Shown here in pieces: positions 34,330-45,639 of a stretch of DNA of 64,000 bases. The position numbers and the translations under genes were made by a program. Each line of letters starts with the position of its first letter. The stretch's first letter is position 1. This stretch comes from Longimicrobiales bacterium. Lineage in GTDB: Bacteria > Gemmatimonadota > Gemmatimonadetes > Longimicrobiales > Gaopeijiaceae. The notes beneath the pieces are model-generated. The model searched no databases. It had not been told where the DNA came from and was given only the letters and a program-made list of their open reading frames with translations. Where the stretch lies: the NCBI GenBank assembly GCA_965248195.1, contig CBDFIQ010000002.1:544001-608000 (forward strand), written 5' to 3'.

Positions 34330-35685
34330 TCAGGGATCGTCTCGCGCCGCCATCCGGTTCCGCTCGGCGGATAGTCTCTCGAACTGCTCGTCGGTGAGAT
34401 ACGTCATTCCGAGCCATACGTGAGACATCTCGTCCACCCCACGCTGTCCGAACACTACCCATTGACGGGGATCGGGGTTGATCGGGTTATCCGCGGTGTT
34501 GTCCCAGATCGTAGTGATCAGGAGAACGGTGCCCTTCGGCAGTAGGGGCGTAATGTTGTCCTCGTACTCGTACGAGATCTGCCAGAAGTGGTTGTAGTTG
34601 TCCACCTTCACCAGCATCTCCCGCCGCCCGTCCGGGTAGATCGCTTCCAGGGACTGCTCCCTTCCGCGCATGTGCATGTGGGGCCGGAAGCTCGTGATCC
34701 TCGCAGGACCGTTCAGGACGTGGACGCCCTGCTGCGCCTTGATCGAGTGCGGAGGAATGACGATGTCGCCGGCCCAGGGCATATCGCCCCCGCGGTCTGC
34801 GGTGAACCGCTGCTCCCCGATCGTCTCGTACTCCGGTTGGTAGCCCTCCGGGTAGAGCCACACCGCGGCCGTCGTGCGCTCGTTCGCCACCTCTTCATCG
34901 ATGGGGAAGTAGTGGAGGTTCCAGTTCAGCTCGCCAGAGGGCTCGATGAGCATCCCGGTGTTCGCCGGAAAGAGATCCCCGCCCTTCCCGATACCTTGCC
35001 GGCCGAGCGGCCGCGATCGCCTTTGCCCATCTTCCCCCTCGAATCCGAGCGTAACGTGCCCGTGATGAAGGACTCTCACACCCAACGGGTAGGAGCCCTT
35101 CAATTCCGTGGCCCTCACGTAACGCGGTCCGTCGATGATCCCCTCGAAGGGTGTGGTCTGGACCCACCACTGGTCCTGACCATTGGCCGCGACCGTGAGG
35201 GGGGGAGCCTCGATCACGAAGTCCGGGGGGCCGAGCTCATCCTCGAGCTGCCATTCGCTACCGTCCGGTAGCTCCGGTAGCGTCGGGAGCTTTGCGGGAT
35301 CACCCTCGGGTGCACCCGCGTCGACCCAGCTCACGATGCTCTCGATCTCGGAATCGGACAGTGAGATGTCGTTCTTGTAAGCCTGGATCCCGATCGTCGG
35401 GTCCAGGTGCCAGGGGGGCATCACCCGCGCCTGCACGTTCCGTTTGATTCGCGACGCATAAGGCCGCACGTCCTCGTAGCTGAGCAACGCCATCGGCCCG
35501 ATGCCGTTCGGCTGATGACATCTAACGCAGCTATCATACAGGATCGGAGCGATATCTTCCGCGAATGTGGGGCTGGATTGCGCCTGGACGACGCCTGGCT
35601 TTGCAGCGCCGATGAGGAGAACCAGGGCCAGCGCACGCATCGCCGGAACCTGCGATGGACGGAACTGGGTGCGACTCCTCATCAT
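34330..35685 (-). CDS. Cytochrome c - copper type II ascorbate-dependent monooxygenase-like protein
   Basis: Signal peptide, CVRCH heme motif, MPPW, LHHGH, LHY, PHMHMRG, WDNT..NP.NPDP, DEM. Confidence 0.85.
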   Translation of the reverse strand: MMRSRTQFRPSQVPAMRALALVLLIGAAKPGVVQAQSSPTFAEDIAPILYDSCVRCHQPNGIGPMALLSYEDVRPYASRIKRNVQARVMPPWHLDPTIGIQAYKNDISLSDSEIESIVSWVDAGAPEGDPAKLPTLPELPDGSEWQLEDELGPPDFVIEAPPLTVAANGQDQWWVQTTPFEGIIDGPRYVRATELKGSYPLGVRVLHHGHVTLGFEGEDGQRRSRPLGRQGIGKGGDLFPANTGMLIEPSGELNWNLHYFPIDEEVANERTTAAVWLYPEGYQPEYETIGEQRFTADRGGDMPWAGDIVIPPHSIKAQQGVHVLNGPARITSFRPHMHMRGREQSLEAIYPDGRREMLVKVDNYNHFWQISYEYEDNITPLLPKGTVLLITTIWDNTADNPINPDPRQWVVFGQRGVDEMSHVWLGMTYLTDEQFERLSAERNRMAARDDP

Positions 35686-36058
35686 GACTCGCTCCTGACT
35701 CAGGTGGGCGTCCGCACGGGTGCCTCAGCCTCAAACTGTGAACTGCGTCGCTATCGCGCAATGAGATGGTGTGGGCTCGGTTTGATGATTGAACGACACA
35801 CCCCGACGGCGGCCTTCGACAAAGCTGGGCATGGATAGTCAGGGTATGACCGACACGGTTCGCGAGCAAGGGAAACCGCAGTAGAAGGAGGTCCTCTAAA
35901 CTTATCGTGAACCCTCACTGGCGCGGCGCGGCTCGGGTGCGCATCATGCGGGAGACGTCCGAGGCGGGTCGGGATGCGACGACTTGCTCCAGCGGGTCGA
36001 CCCTCCGGCGGAGCGCGTGAGCGTGGTGATTTTCGATCCTTGGTTCAGGAGGGTTTTT

Positions 36059-38179
36059 ATGGACCCGAAACCCGAAGTCTGCAGTCTCTGCGGGAGCGAG
36101 ACTGAGGAACGCGGTCGAATCACCCGGCGGGGGCTTGTCGAGGGCAGGGGGGGCGCGCTATTTGTGGCGACCGCCGTTGTTGGCGTCCTGCTCGCCACGC
36201 CGGTGCCCGGTGCTACCCAGCATGTCAATGACCGGCCTGGATCCGAGCCTGGGGGCTGGCGCTACATCGGTGGAGACGCCGGACACACCCGATCCACGCC
36301 TCTGAATCAGATCGACGCCTCGAACTTCGCCGATCTCCAGGAGGAGTGGACTTGGAGCAATGCCAGCTTCGGGGCGACTCCCCCGCGCTCTACGCCCGTT
36401 TACGCAGGCGGGAAGTTGTTCACGGTAGCCGGGCCGCGCCGGCACGTGGTGGCGCTCGACCCCGCCACGGGAGAAACGTTATGGACGTTTAGCGAGCCCA
36501 ACACCTTCCGTTGGGAGTATTCCATGCGCGCTCCTTGGGGGAAGGGGATCGCGTACGCTGAGGTGGACGGTAGGGGCGTCGTCTATATCACGACCCCGGC
36601 ATTCTTCCTTCACGCCCTCGACGCGGAGACCGGCAGACCCCTCGAGGACTGGGGGACCCCGGTACCGTTGGAGGGATTTCCGCAGACCGGCGTGGTGGAT
36701 CTCCTGCCCGACCTCCTGGCCGACTGGGGTCCGTGGCAGGAGTGGGACGAGCCGTATGACCCCTATTACGGGATCCCGCTGGAACTCGGTTATATCACGA
36801 GCTCTTCACCGCCGATCGTCGTGAACGGCACGGTCGTGGTGGGCAACTCGGCCGAGCAGGGCTACAACCAGACGCGGATCGAGAACGTGCCCGGCGACAT
36901 TCTGGGTTACGACGCCAGGACGGGTGCGCACAAGTGGAAGTTCCACGTGATCCCGCGGCCGGGCGAGGTGGGCCACGAAACGTGGGAGAGCGACGCCTGG
37001 CAGTGGACGGGGGACGTCTCCTCTTGGGCGCCGATGTCGGCTGACCCGGAGCGCGGAATCGTCTACATCCCCACGAATCCGCCCACCATCGACTTCTACG
37101 GTGGCTTCCGGGCCGGTGACGGCCTGTTCGGCACGAGCCTCATCGCTCTCGACGTGGAGACCGGCGAGAGAGTGTGGCACTTCCAGATGGTTCACCACGA
37201 CGTCTGGAACTACGACACCTCTACGGCGCCGATCCTCATGGACGTCACTGTGGACGGGGAGAGGATTCCCGGGGTGTTTCAGGCCACGAAGCAGGCGATT
37301 CTCTGGTCGTTCAATCGGGAGACGGGCGAGCCCATCTGGCCCGTCGAGGAGCGTCCGGTGCCCCAGTCGGATGTGCCGGGCGAGCAACTCTCGCGCACTC
37401 AACCGTTCCCCACGAAGCCCGTGCCATACGATCTCCACGGGTTCACGGAGGACGACCTCATCGACTTCACGCCCTCGCTGCGGGAGGAGGCCCTCGAGAT
37501 CGCCTCGGATTACCGGCTCGGTCCGATCTTCAACCCGCCCGTGCACAGCGACAACCCGGAGGGATTGCGGGGCTCGATCTGGTGCCCCGGTGAGCTGGGC
37601 GGGACGAACATCTCCGGTCCCCCCGTGGCCGACCCCGAGACCGGAATCATTTATACCGTCTCACGGACGAACTGCGGCTGGCGCACCATCGTCCCGGGCA
37701 TCGAGCGAGATCAGCTGCTCGAGCGACCGACGGGGGTCGGGATCGCGGACTTCGCTGTCGGCCGGGGTACACCCAGCGGCGTACCGGGTCCTCAGGGGCT
37801 GCCGTTGGAGAAGCCGCCCTACAGCCGAATCACCGCGATCGACCTCAATACCGGGGAGCACCTGTGGTGGATTCCCAACGGGGGCACGCCGAGGTTCATT
37901 CAGGAACACCCGGCGCTCCAGGGATTGGACATTCCTCCCACTGGGAATTTGGGCCACTCGGCGATGATGGTGACCCCGACCATGCTTCTCCACACGGCAA
38001 TCGGCGACGACGGAAGAACCCCCTTCCTCTATGCAGTGGACAAGGCCACGGGCGAGCGCTTGGGGGGTCGGGAGACCCCGGGTCTTGTGAGGTACGGCAT
38101 GATGACTTACATGCACGAGGGTCGGCAGCACATCGTCCTTCAGGCTCCGGGCGCGCTGGTCGCGCTCACCTTGCCGTGA
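36059..38179 (+). CDS. PQQ-dependent (glucose/quinate-type) dehydrogenase
   Basis: [44 protein letters not shown]...[29 protein letters not shown]. Confidence 0.92.
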   Translation: MDPKPEVCSLCGSETEERGRITRRGLVEGRGGALFVATAVVGVLLATPVPGATQHVNDRPGSEPGGWRYIGGDAGHTRSTPLNQIDASNFADLQEEWTWSNASFGATPPRSTPVYAGGKLFTVAGPRRHVVALDPATGETLWTFSEPNTFRWEYSMRAPWGKGIAYAEVDGRGVVYITTPAFFLHALDAETGRPLEDWGTPVPLEGFPQTGVVDLLPDLLADWGPWQEWDEPYDPYYGIPLELGYITSSSPPIVVNGTVVVGNSAEQGYNQTRIENVPGDILGYDARTGAHKWKFHVIPRPGEVGHETWESDAWQWTGDVSSWAPMSADPERGIVYIPTNPPTIDFYGGFRAGDGLFGTSLIALDVETGERVWHFQMVHHDVWNYDTSTAPILMDVTVDGERIPGVFQATKQAILWSFNRETGEPIWPVEERPVPQSDVPGEQLSRTQPFPTKPVPYDLHGFTEDDLIDFTPSLREEALEIASDYRLGPIFNPPVHSDNPEGLRGSIWCPGELGGTNISGPPVADPETGIIYTVSRTNCGWRTIVPGIERDQLLERPTGVGIADFAVGRGTPSGVPGPQGLPLEKPPYSRITAIDLNTGEHLWWIPNGGTPRFIQEHPALQGLDIPPTGNLGHSAMMVTPTMLLHTAIGDDGRTPFLYAVDKATGERLGGRETPGLVRYGMMTYMHEGRQHIVLQAPGALVALTLP

Positions 38180-38233
38180 GGTCGATGCGGCTGGTCTTGG
38201 GGGCAGGGGAAGGAGACCGGTATTCGAGAGAAA

Positions 38234-38293
38234 GAAGGAAGGAGGCCGGTCTTTCGAGATGAGGAAGGAAGGAGGCCCGTCTTTCGAGACGAG
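38234..38293. repeat. 2 x 30-bp intergenic tandem repeat
   Basis: GAAGGAAGGAGGCC(G/C)GTCTTTCGAGA(T/C)GAG twice, with a degenerate third copy upstream. Confidence 0.8.
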
Positions 38294-38321
38294 GAAGAAA
38301 TTGATTTTGTGAACACTTCAC

Positions 38322-39053
38322 GTGGGCAAGGCATCCATGGAAGGCAAGCGAGAGGACGGCGATATCGCCCGGAGTGAGGACACTTCCGGAGAGGAAGGCA
38401 CCTCCCGAGAGGAAGGCACTTCCCGAGAGATAGAGCAGGAGTGGACCGATCTCACGAGGCGCGATTTCTTGGAGGGCAGCGGGGCCGCGTTGGTGGTCGC
38501 GGGCGTACCGAGGCTCGGGTCGGCGGAGGTGGAGGACGGGGGCGTCTCCACACAAGTGTTGGAGGCCGTTCCTCAGACGGCGATCCGCGTCACGGTCAAC
38601 GGAACCGAGCACCGGATGGAGGTAGAGGACCGGTGGACGCTCAACGAATTCCTCCGGGACCACGTCGGGCTCACGGGCTCCAAAATCGGCTGCAACCGAG
38701 GCGAATGTGGTGCGTGCACGGTGCTGGTGGACGGCGAGCCGGTGTATTCGTGCAGCACGCTTGCGGTGTGGGCAGACGGTCGGAGGATCGTGACCGTGGA
38801 AGGGCTGGAGCAGGGCGGTGCCGTATCTCCGTTGCAGCAGGCCTTCATGGATCACAATGCGCCTCAATGTGGGTTCTGCACGTCGGGCCAGCTGATGACG
38901 GCGACTGCGCTGTTGGACCGTAACCCGCGGCCGACGGCGGACGAGACGCGTGAGGCGATGGTGGGCAATCTCTGCCGGTGTTCGAATTACAACGCGATCG
39001 TGGAGGCGGTGCTTGCGGCCGCCGGGACCTCGGAGTCGGGAGGCGCGCCATGA
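38322..39053 (+). CDS. Xanthine dehydrogenase-family (2Fe-2S) subunit with Tat signal
   Basis: [31 protein letters not shown]; start uncertain (38322 or 38337). Confidence 0.93.
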   Translation: MGKASMEGKREDGDIARSEDTSGEEGTSREEGTSREIEQEWTDLTRRDFLEGSGAALVVAGVPRLGSAEVEDGGVSTQVLEAVPQTAIRVTVNGTEHRMEVEDRWTLNEFLRDHVGLTGSKIGCNRGECGACTVLVDGEPVYSCSTLAVWADGRRIVTVEGLEQGGAVSPLQQAFMDHNAPQCGFCTSGQLMTATALLDRNPRPTADETREAMVGNLCRCSNYNAIVEAVLAAAGTSESGGAP

Positions 39054-41221
39054 GCCCGCAACAGGCGCCTGGGCAGGTCGGGCCGATGAACACGGTCGGG
39101 CACAATGTTCCGCGCATCGATGCCTACGAGCGTGTAACCGGGAGAGCCACTTATACGGGCGACGTTCGGCTCCCGGGGATGTTGTACGCACGGGTCTTGC
39201 CGAGCCCGCATCCGCACGCGCGCATACGCAGTATCGACACGTCGAGGGCCGAGGCCTTGCCGGGCGTGAGGGCGGTTGTCACGCATGAAACCCACGAGTT
39301 GATCTACAGCTCGGGCTCCATAGCGGGGGGGCGGCAGTACAACGACGCGGCCAAGGATATCACCACACACCTTCGGTACATGTTCGACAATCCCGTTCGT
39401 TTCGTCGGGCAGCCCGTGGCCGCTGTGGCTGCGGTCAACCGGCACGTTGCCGAGGAGGCGCTCCAGCTCATCGAGATCGACTACGAGGAGTTGCCGTTTG
39501 TCCTCGATCCTGAGGAGGCCCTCGAGCCGGGCGCTCCTCCCATCTGGCCCGAGGGCAACCTCGCGCTGGATTTCGCGAACCAAGCCAGACCCTCGGGGGG
39601 GACGAGCGGGGACCCCGAGGCGGGATTCGCGGAAGCCGATCAGGTGTTCGAGGATCGATACACGACGGCCTTCGTGCAGGACGCCCAGATGGAGCCCCGT
39701 TCCGCCCTGGCGCAGTGGGAGGGTGACAAACTCACGCTCTACACGCCGACCCAGGGCATCTCGAATTGCCGTCACGACAACGCGCGGGATCTGGGTCTGG
39801 ACGACCATCAGGTTCAGGTCATCTGCAAGTACATGGGCGGTGGGTTCGGTGACAAGAACGGCAGCTACTACTTCGATCTGATCGCAGCAATGCTGGCGAA
39901 AGAAGCAGACGCGCCCGTGCTGCTCGAGCTCACGCGCAAGGACGACTGGCTCGGCACACACGGCCGCTGGCACACCGTGCAGGACTTCAAGGTGGGCGTG
40001 GCCCAGGACGGCACGGTGATGGCGATTCAGCTGCACGGCTACAGCGGGATGGGTCCGTATCTGAGGCGATCCGGGGGCATCGGCGGGATCGACGTTTACG
40101 CCTGTCCCAACGTGGAGCGCGTGATCTACCCGGTGCACACGAACCGGATGGTGTCGGGGAATTTCCGGGCACCGTCGGATCCCCAGGGCTATTTCGCGAT
40201 CCAGTCGATGATGGACGACATCGCCTACAAGGTGGGCATGGACCCGGTGGACTTCGCGCTGAAGAATATGCGGAGGCCGACCGAGCAGGTCCGGTTCACG
40301 AACTACTCGCTCGAGGAGTGCATCGAGCAGGGCCGAGAGCTCTTCGACTGGGAGCGCCGCTGGCGTCCCGAGCCGGGCTCGGACCCCGGGCCGATCAAGC
40401 GTGGCGCCGGAATGGCGTTCATGATGTTCCGATCAGGTGTCGGCCCGAGCAGCGCGATCCTCCGGGTGAATTCCGAGGAGTTGTACACGCTGTTTGTAGG
40501 CGTGACAGACATCGGACCCGGCGCGAAGACCACGATGGCCATGATTGCCGCCGAGGAGCTGGGCGTACCGCTGTCGCAAGTGGAGGTCGTCTGGGGCGAT
40601 ACCGATCGCTGTCCGTATTCGGTGGGTGAGTCGGGGAGCCGGACCACGACGATGACGGGCTACGCGGTCGTTCAGGCTGCCCTGGACCTCAAGAGCCAGA
40701 TCGCGGAGAAGGGGATGCCGCGGGGAGACGACGTGTTGATCGCGTCGGCGACCCCGACACCCAGCACCCAGGGAAGGCGGCGTATGTGCTTCGGCGCGCA
40801 CTTCGTAGAGGTGGAGGCGGACGTTCAGCTCGGCCACGTGCGGATCACCAAGTACGTGGCAGTCCACGAGTCCGGTCGTATCCTCAACCCGCTGCCCGCG
40901 AAGGACCAGATCCGCGGCGCAGCGCTGCAGGGCGTAGGACAGGCCCTGCACGAGGATCTCCTGTATGACCCGCGGAACGGACATCCGCTCACGGCCGGAT
41001 ACTACGGGGCGCGACACCTGACGCATATGGATGTGCCGGAAATCGAGGTGACCTTCATCCAGACCGACGACGGCTACGGGCCCTACGGCGCGAAAACGGT
41101 CGGGGAGGCGGGCATCATTCTGGGTCCGGCCGCGGTGGCGAACTCGATCTTCAACGCCATAGGACATCGCATGAAGGACCTGCCCATCACGCGCGAAAAG
41201 ATTCTGGAGGCAACAGCATGA
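39050..41221 (+). CDS. Xanthine dehydrogenase-family molybdopterin-binding subunit
   Basis: [41 protein letters not shown]; start re-assigned to ATG 39050. Confidence 0.95.
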   Translation: MSPQQAPGQVGPMNTVGHNVPRIDAYERVTGRATYTGDVRLPGMLYARVLPSPHPHARIRSIDTSRAEALPGVRAVVTHETHELIYSSGSIAGGRQYNDAAKDITTHLRYMFDNPVRFVGQPVAAVAAVNRHVAEEALQLIEIDYEELPFVLDPEEALEPGAPPIWPEGNLALDFANQARPSGGTSGDPEAGFAEADQVFEDRYTTAFVQDAQMEPRSALAQWEGDKLTLYTPTQGISNCRHDNARDLGLDDHQVQVICKYMGGGFGDKNGSYYFDLIAAMLAKEADAPVLLELTRKDDWLGTHGRWHTVQDFKVGVAQDGTVMAIQLHGYSGMGPYLRRSGGIGGIDVYACPNVERVIYPVHTNRMVSGNFRAPSDPQGYFAIQSMMDDIAYKVGMDPVDFALKNMRRPTEQVRFTNYSLEECIEQGRELFDWERRWRPEPGSDPGPIKRGAGMAFMMFRSGVGPSSAILRVNSEELYTLFVGVTDIGPGAKTTMAMIAAEELGVPLSQVEVVWGDTDRCPYSVGESGSRTTTMTGYAVVQAALDLKSQIAEKGMPRGDDVLIASATPTPSTQGRRRMCFGAHFVEVEADVQLGHVRITKYVAVHESGRILNPLPAKDQIRGAALQGVGQALHEDLLYDPRNGHPLTAGYYGARHLTHMDVPEIEVTFIQTDDGYGPYGAKTVGEAGIILGPAAVANSIFNAIGHRMKDLPITREKILEATA

Positions 41222-42228
41222 AAGCCTTTACGAACCAGAATGCGCGTACGCTCGATGAGGCGGTGGCGCTTGCCCAGGACGCGCTCCGTGACGGCCGGTC
41301 GGTCTCGTTCGTCGGGGGAGGCACCGATCTCCTTCAGCTGATGAAGGACAAGGTGGTGAATCGGCCGGGGTCGAGTGAACCGGACGTCCTCGTGAACCTC
41401 AAGACCGTGGACGGGCTGGATGGAGTGACCTCCAGGGGACGGGACGGTGTGACCGTAGGTGGGATGACCACCCTCGGCGCGCTCAGCGAACATTCCCTCA
41501 TCCGTGACCGGTTCACCGTGCTCGCCGAGGCGGCTGAGAGTGTCGCGACCCCCCAGATTCGGCATACCGGCACGGTGGCCGGAAACGTCGTTCAGCGGCC
41601 CTGGTGTTGGTACTATCGCAACGGCTTCCCCTGTTACAAGGCCGGGGGCAACCAGTGCTTCTCCGTCGCGGGTGAGAACCAGCTCCATGCGATCTTCGGT
41701 GGTGGCCCGAGTTACATCGTCCATCCTTCGGACCTCGCGCCCGCGCTCGTCGCTCTCGACGCGACGTTCCGGATCGTGGGGCCCGAGGGTGAGCGGACCC
41801 TGTCCGGATCGGACTTTTTCGTGCTTCCGCGCCAGGACGCAGAACACGAGAACGTTTTGGCGGACGACGAGGTGCTGGCGTCGGTCACGCTTGCAGCGCC
41901 CCGTGACGGCGTGCGGAGTACGTATCACAAGATCATGGATCGCGAGGCATGGACCCACGCCTTGGTGAGCGCCGCCGTCGTGCTCGACATGAACGGGGAC
42001 GTGTGCCGGGAGGCGCGGATCGTGCTCGGAGGCGTGGCTCCCGTTCCGTGGCGGGTTCCGGGAGCGGAGGGTCTGCTGGCCGGACAACGTGTCACGCCTG
42101 AGCTCGCCCGCGAAGTCGGCGCGGCAGCCGTGGCGGGAGCGAGGCCCCTCTCGAAGAACGCCTACAAGGTCCCGCTGACCCGGGGTGTGGTCGAGCGCAC
42201 CGTCTTGGCGCTTGCCACGTCCGCCTAG
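41218..42228 (+). CDS. Xanthine dehydrogenase-family FAD-binding subunit (PaoB/YagS-like)
   Basis: GGGTDL, ATPQIR..GTVAGN..QRPWCWYYR...C.K.GG..C, HPSD.APAL, NAYKV. Confidence 0.93.
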   Translation: MKAFTNQNARTLDEAVALAQDALRDGRSVSFVGGGTDLLQLMKDKVVNRPGSSEPDVLVNLKTVDGLDGVTSRGRDGVTVGGMTTLGALSEHSLIRDRFTVLAEAAESVATPQIRHTGTVAGNVVQRPWCWYYRNGFPCYKAGGNQCFSVAGENQLHAIFGGGPSYIVHPSDLAPALVALDATFRIVGPEGERTLSGSDFFVLPRQDAEHENVLADDEVLASVTLAAPRDGVRSTYHKIMDREAWTHALVSAAVVLDMNGDVCREARIVLGGVAPVPWRVPGAEGLLAGQRVTPELAREVGAAAVAGARPLSKNAYKVPLTRGVVERTVLALATSA

Positions 42229-42232
42229 GACC

Positions 42233-42625
42233 ATGAGTCCGCCTGAGACTGTGAGAAACAGGGCATCAACGTTCCGGCTCGCTATCGTAATCTGCGCCGG
42301 TGCCGTCGCAGGTCTTGGCGCCCCCGCCTCGGCAGCCGCCCAGACTCCAGCGGACTTGGCGCTCAAGGCGCGGGTCGAGGCGGCCCTGGTGAGCGCGTCC
42401 GACGTTCCCGCGGATTCCATTACCGTAGAGGTGAGCGACGGGGTCGTGACCCTCTCCGGCTCGGTCGTCTGTGAGGAGTGCGGAGGCCGCGGCACACCGC
42501 CCGGTTTCGGAACGGTTCAGCAGAGTCTCGGCGCCCTCGTTCGTGCATTACCCGGTGTTGAACGCCTAGAATTCGAGTTGCGGTATCAGCCCACGGCCGG
42601 ACAAGCCGGCGGCGCGGGCGCGTAA
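42233..42625 (+). CDS. Secreted BON-domain protein
   Basis: Signal peptide; D..LK.RV.AAL...ITVEV.DGVVTLSG.V...ALPGV. Confidence 0.8.
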   Translation: MSPPETVRNRASTFRLAIVICAGAVAGLGAPASAAAQTPADLALKARVEAALVSASDVPADSITVEVSDGVVTLSGSVVCEECGGRGTPPGFGTVQQSLGALVRALPGVERLEFELRYQPTAGQAGGAGA

Positions 42626-42773
42626 TCCGTCAGACACTCTTACTCTGAATTCTGGGCCCGAGCCGCACGCTGTAAACGAGCCTGCCAACGTGGTCTCTGA
42701 GAGGATGGTCCCGGCCCTGCGGGGGCGCTACAATGGACTCGGTTCCACCCTCGTAAACTGACGGAGGAGAGAG

Positions 42774-43727
42774 ATGGCACGAAGACTCGCACTCCTCGGG
42801 CTGGCAATCACGATTCTGATCGGTGTCGCCGCAACAGGCGGTCGGCAGGAGTCGCCCCAGTCCTACGAGCCGACGCGGATCAGCAAGGCGGTCGAGCTCC
42901 TCGAACAGGATCAGCCGATCTACTACACGCAGGTCAACGGCGGCGGGTACGACGAGGGGAAAAGACTCGCACAAACGTGGGCGGACTACATCACGTACAA
43001 CATGGAGCACAGTCCGTTCAACATGGCCGACCTCCGCGCGTTCATGCAGGGGCTGGTCGATGGCGGGCCGACGAAAAGCGGACATCGTACGCCGACCGTC
43101 ATCGCCGTCTTGCCACTCGGAGGGATCAACGAGACGGTCATGTGGTCGAACTACTGGATGGTCGAGCAGGTGCTCGGATCGGGTGTGCACGGCGTCCTCT
43201 TGGCACATGCCCGATCCCCTGAGGTCGTGAAGGTCCTCGTACAGGCTGCCCGGTATCCGCAGGCGCCCGAGGCCGAAGGGATCGGCGAGGGTCTACGAGG
43301 GAGCGGCGGCCAGGGGTTCGCCGCCCGGATCTGGGGCGTCACCCAACAGGAGTATCAGCGGCTCGCTGATCCCTGGCCGCTCAACCCGGACGGTGAGCTG
43401 TTGATCGGCTTGAAGATCGAAGATCGGCACGCGCTCGACAACGCCGAGGCGAGTACGGCCGTGCCTGGTGTGGGGTTCGCCGAGTGGGGTCCGGGCGACA
43501 TGAGGATGTCGTTCGACGTCGGCCGAACGGGGACGCCTCAGGATCTGGTCGACGCTCGAGCCCGCGTGCTCGCTGCCACCCAGAGAGCGGGTATCCCGTT
43601 CCTCAACCAGGTCAACGCCGAGAACATCGAGGAGATGATCGAGGAAGGTGTCAGGATCGGTGCCAATCCGGGTGCTGAGGTTGCGGACCAGGGTCGGCGC
43701 TATACGAGACGACAGATGCCCTGGTAG
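42774..43727 (+). CDS. HpcH/HpaI aldolase-family protein with signal peptide
   Basis: ADYITYNMEH, QVL..GVHGV, ARYP, G.RG, DPWPLNPDGELL..LKIE, GPGD; SD GGAG. Confidence 0.8.
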   Translation: MARRLALLGLAITILIGVAATGGRQESPQSYEPTRISKAVELLEQDQPIYYTQVNGGGYDEGKRLAQTWADYITYNMEHSPFNMADLRAFMQGLVDGGPTKSGHRTPTVIAVLPLGGINETVMWSNYWMVEQVLGSGVHGVLLAHARSPEVVKVLVQAARYPQAPEAEGIGEGLRGSGGQGFAARIWGVTQQEYQRLADPWPLNPDGELLIGLKIEDRHALDNAEASTAVPGVGFAEWGPGDMRMSFDVGRTGTPQDLVDARARVLAATQRAGIPFLNQVNAENIEEMIEEGVRIGANPGAEVADQGRRYTRRQMPW

Positions 43728-43841
43728 GCAACGGGAGGGCGACACGATTCGGCCAGCAAACATGGTGAAGCTGGTGGCGGTGGCGATGCTGGTGGCAGGA
43801 AGCTCCAGCGAAGAGGCGCGGGCCCGGGGGTTACGCCTCCC

Positions 43842-45461
43842 TTATGGCGTGCTCAACTCGGTGGTGTAGAACGGCTCCAAGGTGTCGATCGCGTCGAGCG
43901 GCTGACTGTTCACGTCCCACCGGAACAGGCTCAGCACCATCCGGTCGGGTAGAAAATCCACGAGAGTGAAGCCGTGTTGCTCGATGGGTGGCACGGTCTC
44001 GTCCAGATCGAGGTGCGAGGACGGTGAGGAGCCGACGCCGCGAACCACCGACGGGAAGCCTCCGGGAGACGTGCCGACCGGACCGCTCAGTACGGTCGTC
44101 ACGGGGTTTGCGGAAAGGTCCAGCGTCCCGGAACGGTGCATCCTGCCGGCGCCGATCGCGTGGAGGTCGCCGCTGATGACGAGCGGTGCGCGGTCCCGCA
44201 TGCCTGATATCGTGTCCACCAGCCGGTCGTGCTGCCTGAGCCAGCCGTCCTGCCAATAGGGCTTCGGGATGGCCGTCGTGAGTGCACCAGCTTCGAGGAC
44301 ATCAGGATACCATTCGCCCCACTTCCCGGCGCTCCAACCGAAGGGATTCGAAGGTGCGTGGACCACGTGGCGGACCCCGGGTGAGGTGGTGCGCGCGAGG
44401 AGCCACTCCTCGACGTTCGCGTCCACGAAGACCGCGGTGGGACCGAGCGTCATGGTGCGGCGAACGTCGTAGAGCAGGACCTCGGCCAGGCTTCCGTAGC
44501 GGATCGTGCCGAAGCTCTCGGAGAGGTCCCCCCGGTCGCTCGACGATGACCATGGTAGGCCGAAGGGCCGATTCGCCTCGGGTAGAAACTCCGGGTAATA
44601 AAGCTGCTGCGTCGCGCGGGCGAGCTGGAGCTGAAACCATGCGATCGGGAACGCGCCCGCCGCGTCGTTCTCCCAGTGGTCGTGATCGTCCTGTAGGAAG
44701 AAGACAGGCGTCGATCGGAAGTCCGTACCGTAGACGGGCACGATCTGAGGTCCCGCCGCCAGTATGAGCGCCGCCTCGTTGCTCGTGCCGAAGACGGACC
44801 CGGAGAAGTCGAAGCTCGAGGTCTCGGCTCTGGGGCTGAGCGCCCCCGTGAGCTGGCCACTCCACCGGTGGAGGTCCCAGTAGATGTGGTCGCCATTGGC
44901 GACGGCCGCGTCCGGGTTGAACGACAGCGCCCGTCGCAGCAGGCGGTTGCGGAGTGCGGTGGGGAGGTTCCCGCGACGCTGCCCTATCCCCGTGTAGGTG
45001 CCCTCTGGCCCGCCGGCACACGTGAAGAAGAGGAGGCGGAACCGGTCCGGGCGTGCATCGGCCGAAGGGAACGTCGACAGCGTCCATGGCTCGCAGAGAG
45101 AAGAGCCGTTCGCAGCCACGAGCGAGAGGGAGTGGGCGGCACCCGCATCGAGGTCTGTGGCAGAAAACTGCCAAAACCTGCCACCCGTATCATTCATCCG
45201 GCCGGGGAAGCTGCGCGCCCCGACTCGGAGTGTGGGAGTGGCGGGGAGGGCCTGTTCGAATGAGACCTTGAGTAGGATCCTCGACTCGCTGACCGTCGGG
45301 AGGAGGTGTCGCACCTGACCGGCATCCCAGGTTTGGGACTGCGGCGGCGCGATCTGACTCGTCAGGGCATCGAGCGGCGCGCCTCTGAAGAACGCAGCCC
45401 CCATCGCGCCGGCGCTGCCCGCGAGGAACTTCCTGCGGTCGACGAGCGGTCTCTTGGCCAT
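43842..45461 (-). CDS. Tat-exported PhoD-like metallophosphatase
   Basis: DRRKFL; NGDHIYWD, DDHDHWEND, LYD.RR, ISGDLH. Confidence 0.75.
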   Translation of the reverse strand: MAKRPLVDRRKFLAGSAGAMGAAFFRGAPLDALTSQIAPPQSQTWDAGQVRHLLPTVSESRILLKVSFEQALPATPTLRVGARSFPGRMNDTGGRFWQFSATDLDAGAAHSLSLVAANGSSLCEPWTLSTFPSADARPDRFRLLFFTCAGGPEGTYTGIGQRRGNLPTALRNRLLRRALSFNPDAAVANGDHIYWDLHRWSGQLTGALSPRAETSSFDFSGSVFGTSNEAALILAAGPQIVPVYGTDFRSTPVFFLQDDHDHWENDAAGAFPIAWFQLQLARATQQLYYPEFLPEANRPFGLPWSSSSDRGDLSESFGTIRYGSLAEVLLYDVRRTMTLGPTAVFVDANVEEWLLARTTSPGVRHVVHAPSNPFGWSAGKWGEWYPDVLEAGALTTAIPKPYWQDGWLRQHDRLVDTISGMRDRAPLVISGDLHAIGAGRMHRSGTLDLSANPVTTVLSGPVGTSPGGFPSVVRGVGSSPSSHLDLDETVPPIEQHGFTLVDFLPDRMVLSLFRWDVNSQPLDAIDTLEPFYTTELSTP

Positions 45462-45639
45462 GAATTACCTCCCCGGTGAAAGGCACGCCATCCTCCAGCC
45501 GGCCCAACGTAGCCTTCGCATCTTTGTGAAAAAAGTCTGTCGCAAACCACAAGCCTACCGGCACGCGGCCCCGGCCGATCATGTGGGCCTCGTGGAGGCG
45601 TCGCTTCGGCTCCTGCCACTGTGTGGCCAAAGCCGTGTG

